The notes beneath the pieces were generated by a model, which searched no databases, was not told the DNA's origin, and worked only from the letters and a program-made list of their open reading frames with translations. A stretch of 64,000 nucleotides of DNA from Polyangiaceae bacterium. GTDB lineage: Bacteria > Myxococcota_A > Polyangia > Polyangiales > Polyangiaceae. The DNA is taken from the NCBI GenBank assembly GCA_044222475.1, contig JBGANF010000017.1, forward strand, positions 22,727 to 86,726. Reading direction: 5' to 3'. The position numbers were made by a program, and so were the translations under genes. Shown here piece by piece: positions 9,853 to 19,002 of this stretch (position 1 is the first letter of the stretch; every line of letters begins with the position of its first letter).

Positions 9853-10385
9853 CGACCGAACTTGTCGGCGTAGAACGCGCGGATGAAGTCCATGTCGGCC
9901 TTCACGTCGCCGCTGGGCTTCAGCATCGGGCCGAGCCCGCCGCGTTTCTTCTTGAAGTCGAGGTAACCGAGGCAGATCGGGACGTCGCCGGTCTTCGCGA
10001 TGTAATAGAAGCCGCTCTTCCAGTGCTCGGCGTGACCGCGCGTCCCTTCGGGCGGCACCGCGAGGACGAGGTGCTCGCTCTTGCGGAAGCGCTCCGCGAG
10101 CTGCTCCACCATGTTGTGCGGCGAGCGACGATCGATCGCGATGCCACCGAGCGCACGGAAGAACCCGCCGAGCGGCGGCTTGAACAGCGTGTGCTTGCCC
10201 ACCCACGAAGGCCACACGCCGTACTCCATCCCGCACAGGAGCATGAGCACGAGGTCCCAGTTGCTCGTGTGGGGCGCGGCGATCAGGACGTACTTCGCCT
10301 CTTTCGGTGCCTCACCGACGATCTCCCAGCCGACCGACGCGAGGGCCAGGTGGGCGAACCGCGCCGCGAGCCCTCGCTTCTTCAT
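9774..10385 (-). CDS. 1-acyl-sn-glycerol-3-phosphate acyltransferase family protein
   Basis: APHTSNWD (HxxxxD), IDR, PEGTR, WKSGFY. Confidence 0.92.
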   Translation of the reverse strand: MKKRGLAARFAHLALASVGWEIVGEAPKEAKYVLIAAPHTSNWDLVLMLLCGMEYGVWPSWVGKHTLFKPPLGGFFRALGGIAIDRRSPHNMVEQLAERFRKSEHLVLAVPPEGTRGHAEHWKSGFYYIAKTGDVPICLGYLDFKKKRGGLGPMLKPSGDVKADMDFIRAFYADKFGRYPDKQGPIKLAAEDATEDARSSNGA

Positions 10386-10387
10386 CG

Positions 10388-10780
10388 CTACTCTCCCAAC
10401 AGCTTGTTCATCGACGCTTCGTCAGCGGGCGTGAACGGGTACTGCTCGAACTCGGCGCTCGTCACCCACTTGAAGTCGTGGACGTGCATCGGCGACAGCT
10501 TTCCGGACGAGATCCGGCACTCGTAGAGAAACAGATCGACCGCGTAGTGCTCGTACGGATGCGTCACGAACGAGATGAGCTTCCCGCACTCGATCTGCGC
10601 GCCGAGGCGGTGCGAGAACTCGCGCCGAAGCGCTTCGGCGTCGGTCTCACCAGGCTCCACCTTGCCGCCGGGGAACTCCCACATGAGCGGGAGCACCGCG
10701 GTCGGGCGGCGCTGCGTGATGAGATAGCGCCCCGCGTCTTCGAGCACGGCCGCGACGACGCGAATGGTCCGAGCAGGCAT
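10388..10780 (-). CDS. MutT/NudG-like (d)NTP pyrophosphohydrolase
   Basis: IRVVAAVL..LITQR..WEFPGGKVEPGETDAEALRRE; the second half of the Nudix box (FSHRLG) deviates from the usual xxEExG. Confidence 0.88.
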   Translation of the reverse strand: MPARTIRVVAAVLEDAGRYLITQRRPTAVLPLMWEFPGGKVEPGETDAEALRREFSHRLGAQIECGKLISFVTHPYEHYAVDLFLYECRISSGKLSPMHVHDFKWVTSAEFEQYPFTPADEASMNKLLGE

Positions 10781-10783
10781 CGC

Positions 10784-11842
10784 TCAGGCGGAGATTCGGA
10801 AGAGCTGCTGCCCCATCAGAAGCACGTCGCCCGTGCCGACTTCGACTTCTTCCTTCAGGCGAAGGAACGTCCCGTTCGAGCTGCCGAGGTCGGTCAGCGT
10901 GAGCGTGCCGTCGTTCCAGTTGAGGTGGCAGTGGAGCCCCGAGACGTAGCCGTCCTCGGGGAAGAGCACGTCGCCGCGCTCGCGGCCGATGTGGAGGCCG
11001 GTCTCGGGGATGGGGAACGCGTTGCCGGTGGTCTCGCGACCGATGACGAGCGCGATGCGACCGATGTAGCCCTTCGACGGTGCGCCGAGGCGCTCGACGC
11101 CGTCGGGCGAGGCCGGGAGCGGATCGACGGACTCGAAGCGGATGATCTCCTGGCCGATGCGGAACACGTCGTTCGGCTTCAGCTCGACCGGGACCTCGCG
11201 CGCGAGCTTCTTGTAGACGCCGTTGAGCGAGTTCTGATCCTTCACGCGAAGGCGACCGTTGCCGATCATCTTGAAGTGCGCGTGTTGCGGCGAGAGGTAG
11301 CTGTCGCCCGCGAAGATGCCGCCCGTGTCGCGGCCGAGCACGCAGTCGGCGCTCGGCAGGGTGAACGTCCCGGCCTCCGAGCCGTCGGCGCGGAGGGCCG
11401 TGAGGACGACGGTGCCGGCGACTGCGGCGGCAGCCGGCATCGGCGCCGAGGCAGGCTTCGGGGCGGCGCCGCCGAGGCGGAAGCCGCACGCCGCGCAGAA
11501 CGTGTTGTTCGGCGGGTTCATGTGGCTGCACTGGGGGCAGGGCGAGGCCGCGCCGGCAGCTGCGCCTTGAGGCGTGGTGGCGACCGGAGCAGAAACGGGC
11601 TGCGCAGCCGGCGGCGCGCTCACGACGGGCTTGGCGGCGGGGGGCGGCGCGGCAGCCGGCGGCGGCGCGGCTGCGGCGGGAGGCGGTGCTCCGGCGGCCG
11701 GGCGCGCGGCGGGAATGCCGTGGGGCGGCGTCTTGGGCGTGAAAGGCTTGGGCGCGGCATCACGCGGCAACTCCGCCCCGCAGCCGAGGCAGAATTTGTA
11801 GTGATCCTGGTTGTCCTTGCTGCACTTGGGGCAGGTGATCAC
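10784..11842 (-). CDS. Double-FHA domain protein with N-terminal zinc ribbons
   Basis: CPKC..FCLGCG and CPQC..FCAACG ribbons, Pro/Ala linker, two FHA cores (GRD..SPQHA..SLNG; GRE..SGLHC..SSNGT). Confidence 0.9.
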   Translation of the reverse strand: MITCPKCSKDNQDHYKFCLGCGAELPRDAAPKPFTPKTPPHGIPAARPAAGAPPPAAAAPPPAAAPPPAAKPVVSAPPAAQPVSAPVATTPQGAAAGAASPCPQCSHMNPPNNTFCAACGFRLGGAAPKPASAPMPAAAAVAGTVVLTALRADGSEAGTFTLPSADCVLGRDTGGIFAGDSYLSPQHAHFKMIGNGRLRVKDQNSLNGVYKKLAREVPVELKPNDVFRIGQEIIRFESVDPLPASPDGVERLGAPSKGYIGRIALVIGRETTGNAFPIPETGLHIGRERGDVLFPEDGYVSGLHCHLNWNDGTLTLTDLGSSNGTFLRLKEEVEVGTGDVLLMGQQLFRISA

Positions 11843-11947
11843 GACGTGGCCCTCACGAACGAGAGTGGTACAGCGGGTCTTTCAGCGCGCAGCACTAGGG
11901 AGTATCAACTCCTACCGAACCCGGTCAAGCCACAGGAGCTCTTTCCC

Positions 11948-12523
11948 ATGCCGCAAGCAACCTTTCCCGACATCCAGATCCCCGGTCCCGGCAAGCTGTA
12001 CGCCCGCTTTCACACCTCGCTCGGCAACCTCGTGGTGGAGCTCGAAGAAGAGCGCTGCCCCAAGACGGTGCGGAATTTCGTCGGGCTCGCCACCGGGACC
12101 CAGGAGTGGACGGACCCGAAGAGCGGCCAGGCCAAGTCGGGCGTGCCGCTCTACGACGGCACCATCTTCCACCGCGTGATCCCCGATTTCATGATCCAGG
12201 GCGGCTGTCCGCTCGGTGCCGGAACCGGAAACCCGGGCTACCGCTTCGCCGACGAGTTTCACCCCGACCTCAAGCACAGCGGCCCCGGCATCCTGTCGAT
12301 GGCGAACTCGGGCCCCAACACGAACGGCTGCCAGTTCTTCATCACCGAGCGCGCCACGCCGCACCTCGACAACAAGCACTCCGTCTTCGGTAGGACCGTT
12401 GCCGGCCTCGACCTGGTGAAGAAGATCACCGGCGTGCAGCGGGGCCCGCGCGACAAACCGGTCACCGACGTGAAGCTGAACCGCGTCGAAATCTTCCGCA
12501 GCGCCGCCGTTCCCGCCGCGTGA
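11948..12523 (+). CDS. Cyclophilin-type peptidyl-prolyl isomerase
   Basis: YDGTIFHRVIPDFMIQGG, LSMANSGPNTNGCQFFIT, HLDNKHSVFG. Confidence 0.96.
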   Translation: MPQATFPDIQIPGPGKLYARFHTSLGNLVVELEEERCPKTVRNFVGLATGTQEWTDPKSGQAKSGVPLYDGTIFHRVIPDFMIQGGCPLGAGTGNPGYRFADEFHPDLKHSGPGILSMANSGPNTNGCQFFITERATPHLDNKHSVFGRTVAGLDLVKKITGVQRGPRDKPVTDVKLNRVEIFRSAAVPAA

Positions 12524-13068
12524 ACCCGCTCGAGGGGGAGCGCCTCGTCGTTCGACCGGTCGGCCTGGACGACGCGGAGCTCCTCGCGAGCTTCTTCGAG
12601 GTCAACGAGGCCCACGTCGCGCCGTGGCACTCGGGTCCGTTGGACTCGATGCGCGACGCGGCGTGGTGGCGCGAGCGCCTCCCGAAGATGCTCGAAGACC
12701 CGCGGCACCTTCGCATGTGCTTCTTCGTGCGGGCAGACGACGCCGAGGTCGGCGGTCTGGTGAACCTCCACGAGATCGTGCGCCACCCGGTGCACGCGGC
12801 GATGTTCGGCTACTCGATCGCCAAGCGGTGGGAGGGGCAGGGCCTGATGAGCGAAGCCCTGGCGCTCGTCATCCAACACGCGTTCTCCAAGCTGAACCTG
12901 CACAAGCTCCACGCGAGCTTCGATGTGGTGAACGTGCGCAGCAAGCGTCTGCTCGAGCGCGCGGGGTTCGTCTACGAGGGTCGGCTCCGGTCGCACTTGC
13001 TCGTCGGCGGAAGTTGGCGAGACTTGGATCAGATGAGCTTGATCAACTCGGAGTGGACGCCGCCGTGA
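12520..13068 (+). CDS. GNAT N-acetyltransferase (RimJ/RimL family)
   Basis: FGYSI..WEGQGLMSEAL, LNLHKLHA..NVRSKRLLERAGFVYEG..WRD; GTGA coupling. Confidence 0.9.
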   Translation: MNPLEGERLVVRPVGLDDAELLASFFEVNEAHVAPWHSGPLDSMRDAAWWRERLPKMLEDPRHLRMCFFVRADDAEVGGLVNLHEIVRHPVHAAMFGYSIAKRWEGQGLMSEALALVIQHAFSKLNLHKLHASFDVVNVRSKRLLERAGFVYEGRLRSHLLVGGSWRDLDQMSLINSEWTPP

Positions 13069-13763
13069 CCGGTCACCGCGGAGCAGGTGCCATCGAGCCG
13101 CCGGACACGGGGATTCGCTTCCCCGATCCCGAAGAGGCGGACGAGCACGGGCTTCTCGCGGTCGGCGTCGACTTCCGACCGGGGACGCTGCTTCGCGCGT
13201 ACCGAAGCGGGATCTTCCCGTGGCCGCAGTCGGAGCGTCTCGTCGGATGGTTCTCGCCCGACCCGCGCGCGATCTACCCGCTCGAAGAAGAGCCACACGT
13301 CTCGCGCAGCCTACGGAGAACACTCAAGATTTCTGACTGGACGGTCCGGGTCGACACGGCGTTCACCGAGGTCGTGACCGCCTGCGGAGAGAGACGCCGC
13401 GGTGGGACGTGGATCACCAAGAATTTGTTAGCCGGCTACCGTGCTCTGTTCGACCTGGGGTGGGCCCACTCGGTCGAGGTGTGGGAGGGCGAGGACCTGG
13501 TCGGTGGCATCTACGGCGTCGCGATCGGCGGCCTCTTCGCCGGTGAGTCGATGTTCCATCGCCGCACCGATGCGTCGAAGGTCGCGTTCATCCACCTCGT
13601 GATGCGCCTGCGCGCGGCGGGCTACCGCCTCTTCGACGTGCAAGTGCAGAACCCGCACATCGAGTCGCTCGGGTGCGTCGAGATCCCGCGCACGGAGTAC
13701 CTCGCGCGGTTGAAGAAGGCGCTCGCGGTGACGCCGGCGCCGCTGGTCAGTGTTTCGGGATGA
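13065..13763 (+). CDS. aat: Leucyl/phenylalanyl-tRNA--protein transferase
   Basis: AYRSGIFPW, WFSPDPR, TWIT, AHSVEVW, GGIYGV, FAGESMFH, DASKVA. Confidence 0.95.
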   Translation: MTGHRGAGAIEPPDTGIRFPDPEEADEHGLLAVGVDFRPGTLLRAYRSGIFPWPQSERLVGWFSPDPRAIYPLEEEPHVSRSLRRTLKISDWTVRVDTAFTEVVTACGERRRGGTWITKNLLAGYRALFDLGWAHSVEVWEGEDLVGGIYGVAIGGLFAGESMFHRRTDASKVAFIHLVMRLRAAGYRLFDVQVQNPHIESLGCVEIPRTEYLARLKKALAVTPAPLVSVSG

Positions 13764-14793
13764 GATCCGAGATGCTCGCGATCGCGATGATGCCGAGCAA
13801 GATGAGCAACCCCAGCGCGTGGATGCGTGCTTCGACCTTCCGATCGGGCCTCCGTCGCGCGACGGCCTCGAAGCCAAGGAACATGAGTCGTCCGCCGTCG
13901 AGCGCGGGCACTGGTAGCAGGTTGAACCCGCCGAGGTAGGCGGACAGCGCGCCCAAGATCTTGAACGCGTCTCCGGCGCCGCTCTGCACCGCGGACGCGA
14001 CCTCCTTCACGATGCCCGGTGGCCCCGACACGACGGGCTTCTCTTTGCCGGTGATCATGCGCGCGAGGCCGATCACGAGCGCGGCGACGACCTTCGGCGG
14101 CTCCGTCAAGCCGAGCTTGGCGGCCTCGAGCGTCGTGACGGGCTCCGACTTGGAGATCGTCGAGATGTGGACGGAGATGCGGCCTTCGCCCTTGTCACCC
14201 TTCGGGAGCGGAGTGACGGCGAGGTGGGTCGAAGTGCCGGCGCGGAGGACCTCGATGTCGATCGGGGTGTTCGCGTGCGAGCCGATGATCCCCATGAGCT
14301 GGTCGGCGTTCTTGATCGTCTCGCCGTTGACGGTCGCGATCTGGTCGTTCTCGTGCACTCCGGCGATGGCGGCCGGGCCGCCGTCGTCGACCTTGAGCAC
14401 CTTCACGCCGTTGGCCACGTCGCGACCGCCGACCATGAAGCCGATGAAGAACAGGACCGACGCGAAGAAGTAGTTGGCGAGAGGGCCAGCGGCGATCGTG
14501 ACGACGCGCGCCCAGAGCGACGCGTTGGCGTAGCTCGCCGCGTCCTTGGGATCGTGATCCTCGTACGGGTTCATCCCGGCGATTTGGACGTACGCGAGGA
14601 ACGGGATGAGCGCGATTTGGAAGACGGTCGGGTCGTTCTTGCGTTGGTACTTCCAGAGCCTCGGTCCGAAGCCGATCGAGAAACGCGTGACCCGCATTCC
14701 GAAGCGTTTGGCCGCGAAGTAGTGGCCCCACTCGTGGACCACCATCAGGACCGCCAGGCCGAGGGCGGCCAGGACGTATTGGGCGACCGTCAT
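13747..14793 (-). CDS. rseP: RIP metalloprotease, M50 family with PDZ domain
   Basis: VHEWGH, FSIGFGP, AGPLAN, PDZ (GPAAIAGV..DQI..VNG), FNLLPVPALDGG. Confidence 0.9.
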   Translation of the reverse strand: MTVAQYVLAALGLAVLMVVHEWGHYFAAKRFGMRVTRFSIGFGPRLWKYQRKNDPTVFQIALIPFLAYVQIAGMNPYEDHDPKDAASYANASLWARVVTIAAGPLANYFFASVLFFIGFMVGGRDVANGVKVLKVDDGGPAAIAGVHENDQIATVNGETIKNADQLMGIIGSHANTPIDIEVLRAGTSTHLAVTPLPKGDKGEGRISVHISTISKSEPVTTLEAAKLGLTEPPKVVAALVIGLARMITGKEKPVVSGPPGIVKEVASAVQSGAGDAFKILGALSAYLGGFNLLPVPALDGGRLMFLGFEAVARRRPDRKVEARIHALGLLILLGIIAIASISDLIPKH

Positions 14794-14857
14794 GGAGAGC
14801 ACTGTAGCCTCTCCGCGGGCCGTCCGCATCTGGACGGGCGAAGTGTAGGATGGCGCC

Positions 14858-15469
14858 GTGAGGGCACGAATTTCCTTGGGTGCCATCGTGATCGCGGGAA
14901 CTTTCCTCATCGCTTGCAGCGGCGGTGGCTGCCACACGAGCGTGTCGAAGAGCTGGGACGCCTCGTACAGCGTGAGCTTCGGTGGCGCGGCCGACGCGTC
15001 GGTCGTCGCGCCTCCGGCCGATGCGTCCGTCGCCCCGCCGGTGAAGGCGACCGCGGCGGACGCCGGCCCTGCCGGGCCGATGCAAGGGATCTTCCACCGC
15101 GACGAAGGCCCCGACGAGCGCAACCTCGAGATCGATCCCGACGGGACGTTCTTCTGGCGCATCTACGGCTGCGACTTCGGGGGAGGCGACTGCGGCGTGT
15201 GGTCCGTAGCCGGTACCACTTTGGTACTGACGCCGAAGCCACCGGCGACGACGATGACGTGGGACGACGGCGTGACCTTCACTCGAAAGGTCACCAAGGT
15301 CGTCCTTCGCGACAAGGGAGCGAACCTGGAAGCTCGCATTTCGGCCGACGACGGCGAGAAGCTCCTGCAAGCATGGTTTCCCGGCCGGGTCTGTGCGCCG
15401 TGCAGCGGCGAGGGGCCCTCCGGAAAGCTCGTCCCGTGCAACAAGCCGCTGGTGAGGAGCTGCCCATGA
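14858..15469 (+). CDS. Cys-containing lipoprotein, paralog A
   Basis: Lipobox FLIAC; shares DERNL.I..DGTFFW.I.GCDF.GG.CGVW with the next gene. Confidence 0.75.
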   Translation: MRARISLGAIVIAGTFLIACSGGGCHTSVSKSWDASYSVSFGGAADASVVAPPADASVAPPVKATAADAGPAGPMQGIFHRDEGPDERNLEIDPDGTFFWRIYGCDFGGGDCGVWSVAGTTLVLTPKPPATTMTWDDGVTFTRKVTKVVLRDKGANLEARISADDGEKLLQAWFPGRVCAPCSGEGPSGKLVPCNKPLVRSCP

Positions 15470-15990
15470 AACGTCTTCGCGGCGTCGTCATCGCCGTGCT
15501 CGTGATCGTCGGGTGTCGTTCGGTCGCCACGCCCGTCGAGTCGTCGTCGCCGTCGGCCTCCGCGCCTCCCGGTGCCGATGCGAGCGCGGCCGGGCCGGTC
15601 ATTCGCGGGATCTACCACCTCGACGTCGAGCCGGACGAACGCAACCTCGTCATCGAGAGCGACGGGACGTTCTTCTGGGAGATCTTCGGCTGCGATTTCT
15701 CCGGTGGCGGTTGCGGCGTGTGGAAGAAGGTCGGGACGACCGTGGTTCTCACCCCGACTCCGCCCGAGAAGTCGTTCATGTGGACCGACAACGGCGGCGT
15801 GAACCAAGTCGTCGAGATCGTGCTCACGGAGAGCGCGGGCGTGCTCGACGCGCGGGCGCGCGCGGTGGACGGCACGATCACGGTTCAGAAGTGGCACCCT
15901 GGTCAGGTGTGCGCGCACTGCGGCGGTGGCCTGGGCCCGACGGGGAAGCTCGCCCCGTGTCACCGGCCGCTCACGAAGCGCTGCCCGTGA
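15466..15990 (+). CDS. Cys-containing lipoprotein, paralog B
   Basis: MKRLRGVVIAVLVIVGC lipobox; ATGA overlap with paralog A; same conserved motifs. Confidence 0.75.
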   Translation: MKRLRGVVIAVLVIVGCRSVATPVESSSPSASAPPGADASAAGPVIRGIYHLDVEPDERNLVIESDGTFFWEIFGCDFSGGGCGVWKKVGTTVVLTPTPPEKSFMWTDNGGVNQVVEIVLTESAGVLDARARAVDGTITVQKWHPGQVCAHCGGGLGPTGKLAPCHRPLTKRCP

Positions 15991-15999
15991 GCGCCGGAC

Positions 16000-17529
16000 T
16001 CACCACGCGCAGGGTGCGTAGTCCTTGAGGAACTTCCCCCACGTGTGCGTCCCGGTGATGAGGCCGGAGAAGAACGGGTCACACACGCGCGCCGCGCCGT
16101 CGACGATGTCGAGCGGCGGCTCGAAGTCGTGGTCCCTCCGCTTGCGCGCGGAGAGCGCGGCGGGATCTTCGTCGGTGACCCATCCGGTGTCGACCGCGTT
16201 CATGAAGATGCCGTGCTCGGCGTAGTCCGGCGCGCTCGTCAGCGTCATCATGTTGAGCGCGGCCTTCGCCATGTTGGTGTGCGGGTGCTTGTCGGTCTTG
16301 GTGCGGCGCGAGAACTGACCCTCGACCGCCGACACGTTGACGATGTGCTTCTCGCCCGTCGGGTGCCGCATCATCAGCGGCTTGAGCTTGCCGCACAGGA
16401 TGAACGGCGCGACCGCGTTGACGAGCTGCACCTCGAGCATCTCCGGCGAGGCGACGTCGGCGAGCTTCTGACGCCAGCTGTTGACGGATCGAAGGTCGAC
16501 CTGTTGCAGGTCGGCATCCATCCGTCCGACGGGGAAGAGCTCCGCGTCGTTCGTCGCGTCGTCGTAGGTTCGCGCGATCTGGGAGAGCAGCGCCGACGAG
16601 CGAATGCCGACCCCCGGGACGTCGCCCCGGAACTGGACGAGCCCGGCACCGGCAGTGAGCGCGGGCTCGCGTCGGTCGAGCCCCATGGCAGCCTTGCAGT
16701 CCTCGTGGCCGCGCAGGAGCGACTGCACCGCGCCCGGAAGCGCGTCGAACGGCCGCTCTTCGAGGTCGAGCATGTGGGCGTAGAAGCCGGGCGGGCGCCG
16801 CACGGTCTGCGCCGCGTTGTTGATCAGGATGTCGAGGCGATCGTGCGTGGTGTCGACGTAGCGGGCGAACAGCTCGACGCTCGGCGAGTGACGCAGGTCG
16901 AGGCCATGCACCTCGAGTCGGTCCTTCCAGGACTCGAAGTCCGGCTCGCGCGCGTACCGCGACGCGGCGTCTCGCGGGAAACGCGTCGTGACGATCACGC
17001 GAGCGCCCGCGCGCAGCATCATGAGCGCGGCTTGGAAACCGATCTTGATGCGCGCCCCGGTGATGAGCGCGACGCGTCCGTCGAGCGACGAGGTCTGGAA
17101 GCGTTTCCCGTAGTTCAGGTCGCCGCATGCGCCGCACATGGCGTCGTAGAAGAAGTGGACCTTCGTGAACTCGGTCTTGCACACGTAGCAGGCGCGTGGG
17201 TTCTTCAGCTCGGCCGGTTGGGTATCCGGCTCCGTGCCGGGCACGAGCTGCGGCGGCGCGGTGAACACGTCGTCGAGGCGCGCCACGCGGATGTGGGTCG
17301 CCGCGCGCACGGCGCGGTCGTGGTCCTGAGACTTCTTCCGCGTGATCCGCCGGAACGCCTTGGCGGTCGATCGGTTCTCGTCGCGGTTGGGACGCGACAC
17401 GCGCCCGGCGGCGATCAAGAACGCGATGCGCAGGTCGTCGGGGACGCCGACCAGGCGCGTGCGGTCCTTGACGACGGACTCGAGGATCTCGACGCACCGC
17501 TGGATCTCTTCCGGCGTGAAAGCTGGCAT
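16000..17529 (-). CDS. Atypical SDR oxidoreductase with N-terminal extension and CxxC..CxxC
   Basis: ALITGARIKIG, LINNAAQT, VNVSAVEG, HPHTNMAKAAL, AVDTGWV; CYVCK..MCGAC upstream. Confidence 0.88.
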   Translation of the reverse strand: MPAFTPEEIQRCVEILESVVKDRTRLVGVPDDLRIAFLIAAGRVSRPNRDENRSTAKAFRRITRKKSQDHDRAVRAATHIRVARLDDVFTAPPQLVPGTEPDTQPAELKNPRACYVCKTEFTKVHFFYDAMCGACGDLNYGKRFQTSSLDGRVALITGARIKIGFQAALMMLRAGARVIVTTRFPRDAASRYAREPDFESWKDRLEVHGLDLRHSPSVELFARYVDTTHDRLDILINNAAQTVRRPPGFYAHMLDLEERPFDALPGAVQSLLRGHEDCKAAMGLDRREPALTAGAGLVQFRGDVPGVGIRSSALLSQIARTYDDATNDAELFPVGRMDADLQQVDLRSVNSWRQKLADVASPEMLEVQLVNAVAPFILCGKLKPLMMRHPTGEKHIVNVSAVEGQFSRRTKTDKHPHTNMAKAALNMMTLTSAPDYAEHGIFMNAVDTGWVTDEDPAALSARKRRDHDFEPPLDIVDGAARVCDPFFSGLITGTHTWGKFLKDYAPCAW

Positions 17530-17580
17530 TGGGCGCTTCTTTAGCCGCGGGAGACGCCGCCGGCAAACGAACACGACACG

Positions 17581-19002
17581 CTACGTTCCCAGGATCTCGC
17601 GGACGACTCGCTTGGCCGATGCCAGCGCACCGTGCATCCACCCGGGCCGCGGCGTCGTGTGGTCGCCGGCGAAGTGAATCCTCCGATCGGCGACCGCGAG
17701 CGCCGGCGCGAGGGTCGCGAACTGACCCTTCTTCATCCATGCGTGCGCACCGCGAGCCGTCGGGACGTCGTCCCAGGCGTGCTCGACGAACGTCTTCACC
17801 GCTTCCTTGGCTCCGGGGTGGGCCCGCTCGAGGTGCTCGAGGAAAGCCTTCTTGCGCTCGTCGGTTGCGAGCGCGCCGTAGGTGCGAGCGGCGTCGCCGG
17901 TGAGGTACGCGCCGAGCACGCCCGCGTTGCCCGCTTGCAGCTTCGTCTCGTCGCGGATCACGCCGAGCGGCTCGTCGGTCTGAACGTCACCGGACTCGCC
18001 TTGCTCGTTCCAGAAGCGCCGATCGAACGACGCGAACACGCGCGTCGCCGATGCCATCGGCAGCTCCATCACCGCGCGCGCCTTCGCGGTCGCGAGGGCG
18101 GGCACGATCTCGATGCGGCGGAGCACGGTGAACGGGATCGCCGACACGACGCGCACGGCGTCCATCTGCTGGAGCTGCCCGTCCTTGACGAACCCGACCC
18201 GCGCGCCGTCGTCGCGTTGCTCGATGCGCTTCACCTCGGCGCCGTACATCACGCGTGCTCCGAGGCCCTGCGCGAGCGCGGTCGGGAGTCGATCGCTGCC
18301 GCCCTCGATCCGTCCGCCGCCGGTCAGATCGAAATCGCGAAAGAACCCCGCCATCTGTTGGAGCAGGAACGCGGCGGAGATCTCGTCGAGGCGATCGGGG
18401 GTGAACCCGGCGGCGACCGACTTGATGTAGCCCGGTGACGCGCCGAGCGAGACGAGGAGCTCGAGCCCGCTCGCGCCGTCATACTTCGCGAACGTGCTCA
18501 GCGGGGCGTACGGGTCGACTCCTTTGGCGATGCCGAAGTAGCGCGCGACCCGACCGGGAAAGTCGAGTTTTCGCTCGTCCTCGCCGAGCACCGTGTGCGA
18601 CGGTGGCTCGACGCCGGGATCGAACCGCGTGCGCTTGCCGTCGAACACCTCGATCGTCGCGAGGCCGTGCGGCGGTTTCGGCTTCACGATCGACACGCCT
18701 GCCGACTTGATCAGCTCGAGCAGATCCGGATCGCCGACGACGTGGGTCGCGCCGCACTCGACGTAAACGCCATCCCCGAACCCTTCGCGCAGCGTGAGGA
18801 TGCGACCGCCGGGTCGGTTCTGGGCTTCGAGGACGACGACGTCGCGCCCCGCGGCCGCGAGATCGCGCGCGATGACGAGGCCGGAGAGGCCGGCGCCGAT
18901 GATCACGATCGGCGTCTTCGCCGAGCCCGGCCCGTTCGCCTTGGGGGCGCACGCCGCGAGCCCGAGCCCGACGGCTCCGAGGAGCAGCTGGCGTCGGTTC
19001 AC
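17581..19002 (-). CDS. Flavin monoamine oxidase family protein, Tat-exported lipoprotein
   Basis: NRRQLL..GLAAC; IIGAGLSGL..LEAQNRPGGRI; FAGDHT..GWMHGALAS. Confidence 0.9.
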   Translation of the reverse strand: MNRRQLLLGAVGLGLAACAPKANGPGSAKTPIVIIGAGLSGLVIARDLAAAGRDVVVLEAQNRPGGRILTLREGFGDGVYVECGATHVVGDPDLLELIKSAGVSIVKPKPPHGLATIEVFDGKRTRFDPGVEPPSHTVLGEDERKLDFPGRVARYFGIAKGVDPYAPLSTFAKYDGASGLELLVSLGASPGYIKSVAAGFTPDRLDEISAAFLLQQMAGFFRDFDLTGGGRIEGGSDRLPTALAQGLGARVMYGAEVKRIEQRDDGARVGFVKDGQLQQMDAVRVVSAIPFTVLRRIEIVPALATAKARAVMELPMASATRVFASFDRRFWNEQGESGDVQTDEPLGVIRDETKLQAGNAGVLGAYLTGDAARTYGALATDERKKAFLEHLERAHPGAKEAVKTFVEHAWDDVPTARGAHAWMKKGQFATLAPALAVADRRIHFAGDHTTPRPGWMHGALASAKRVVREILGT

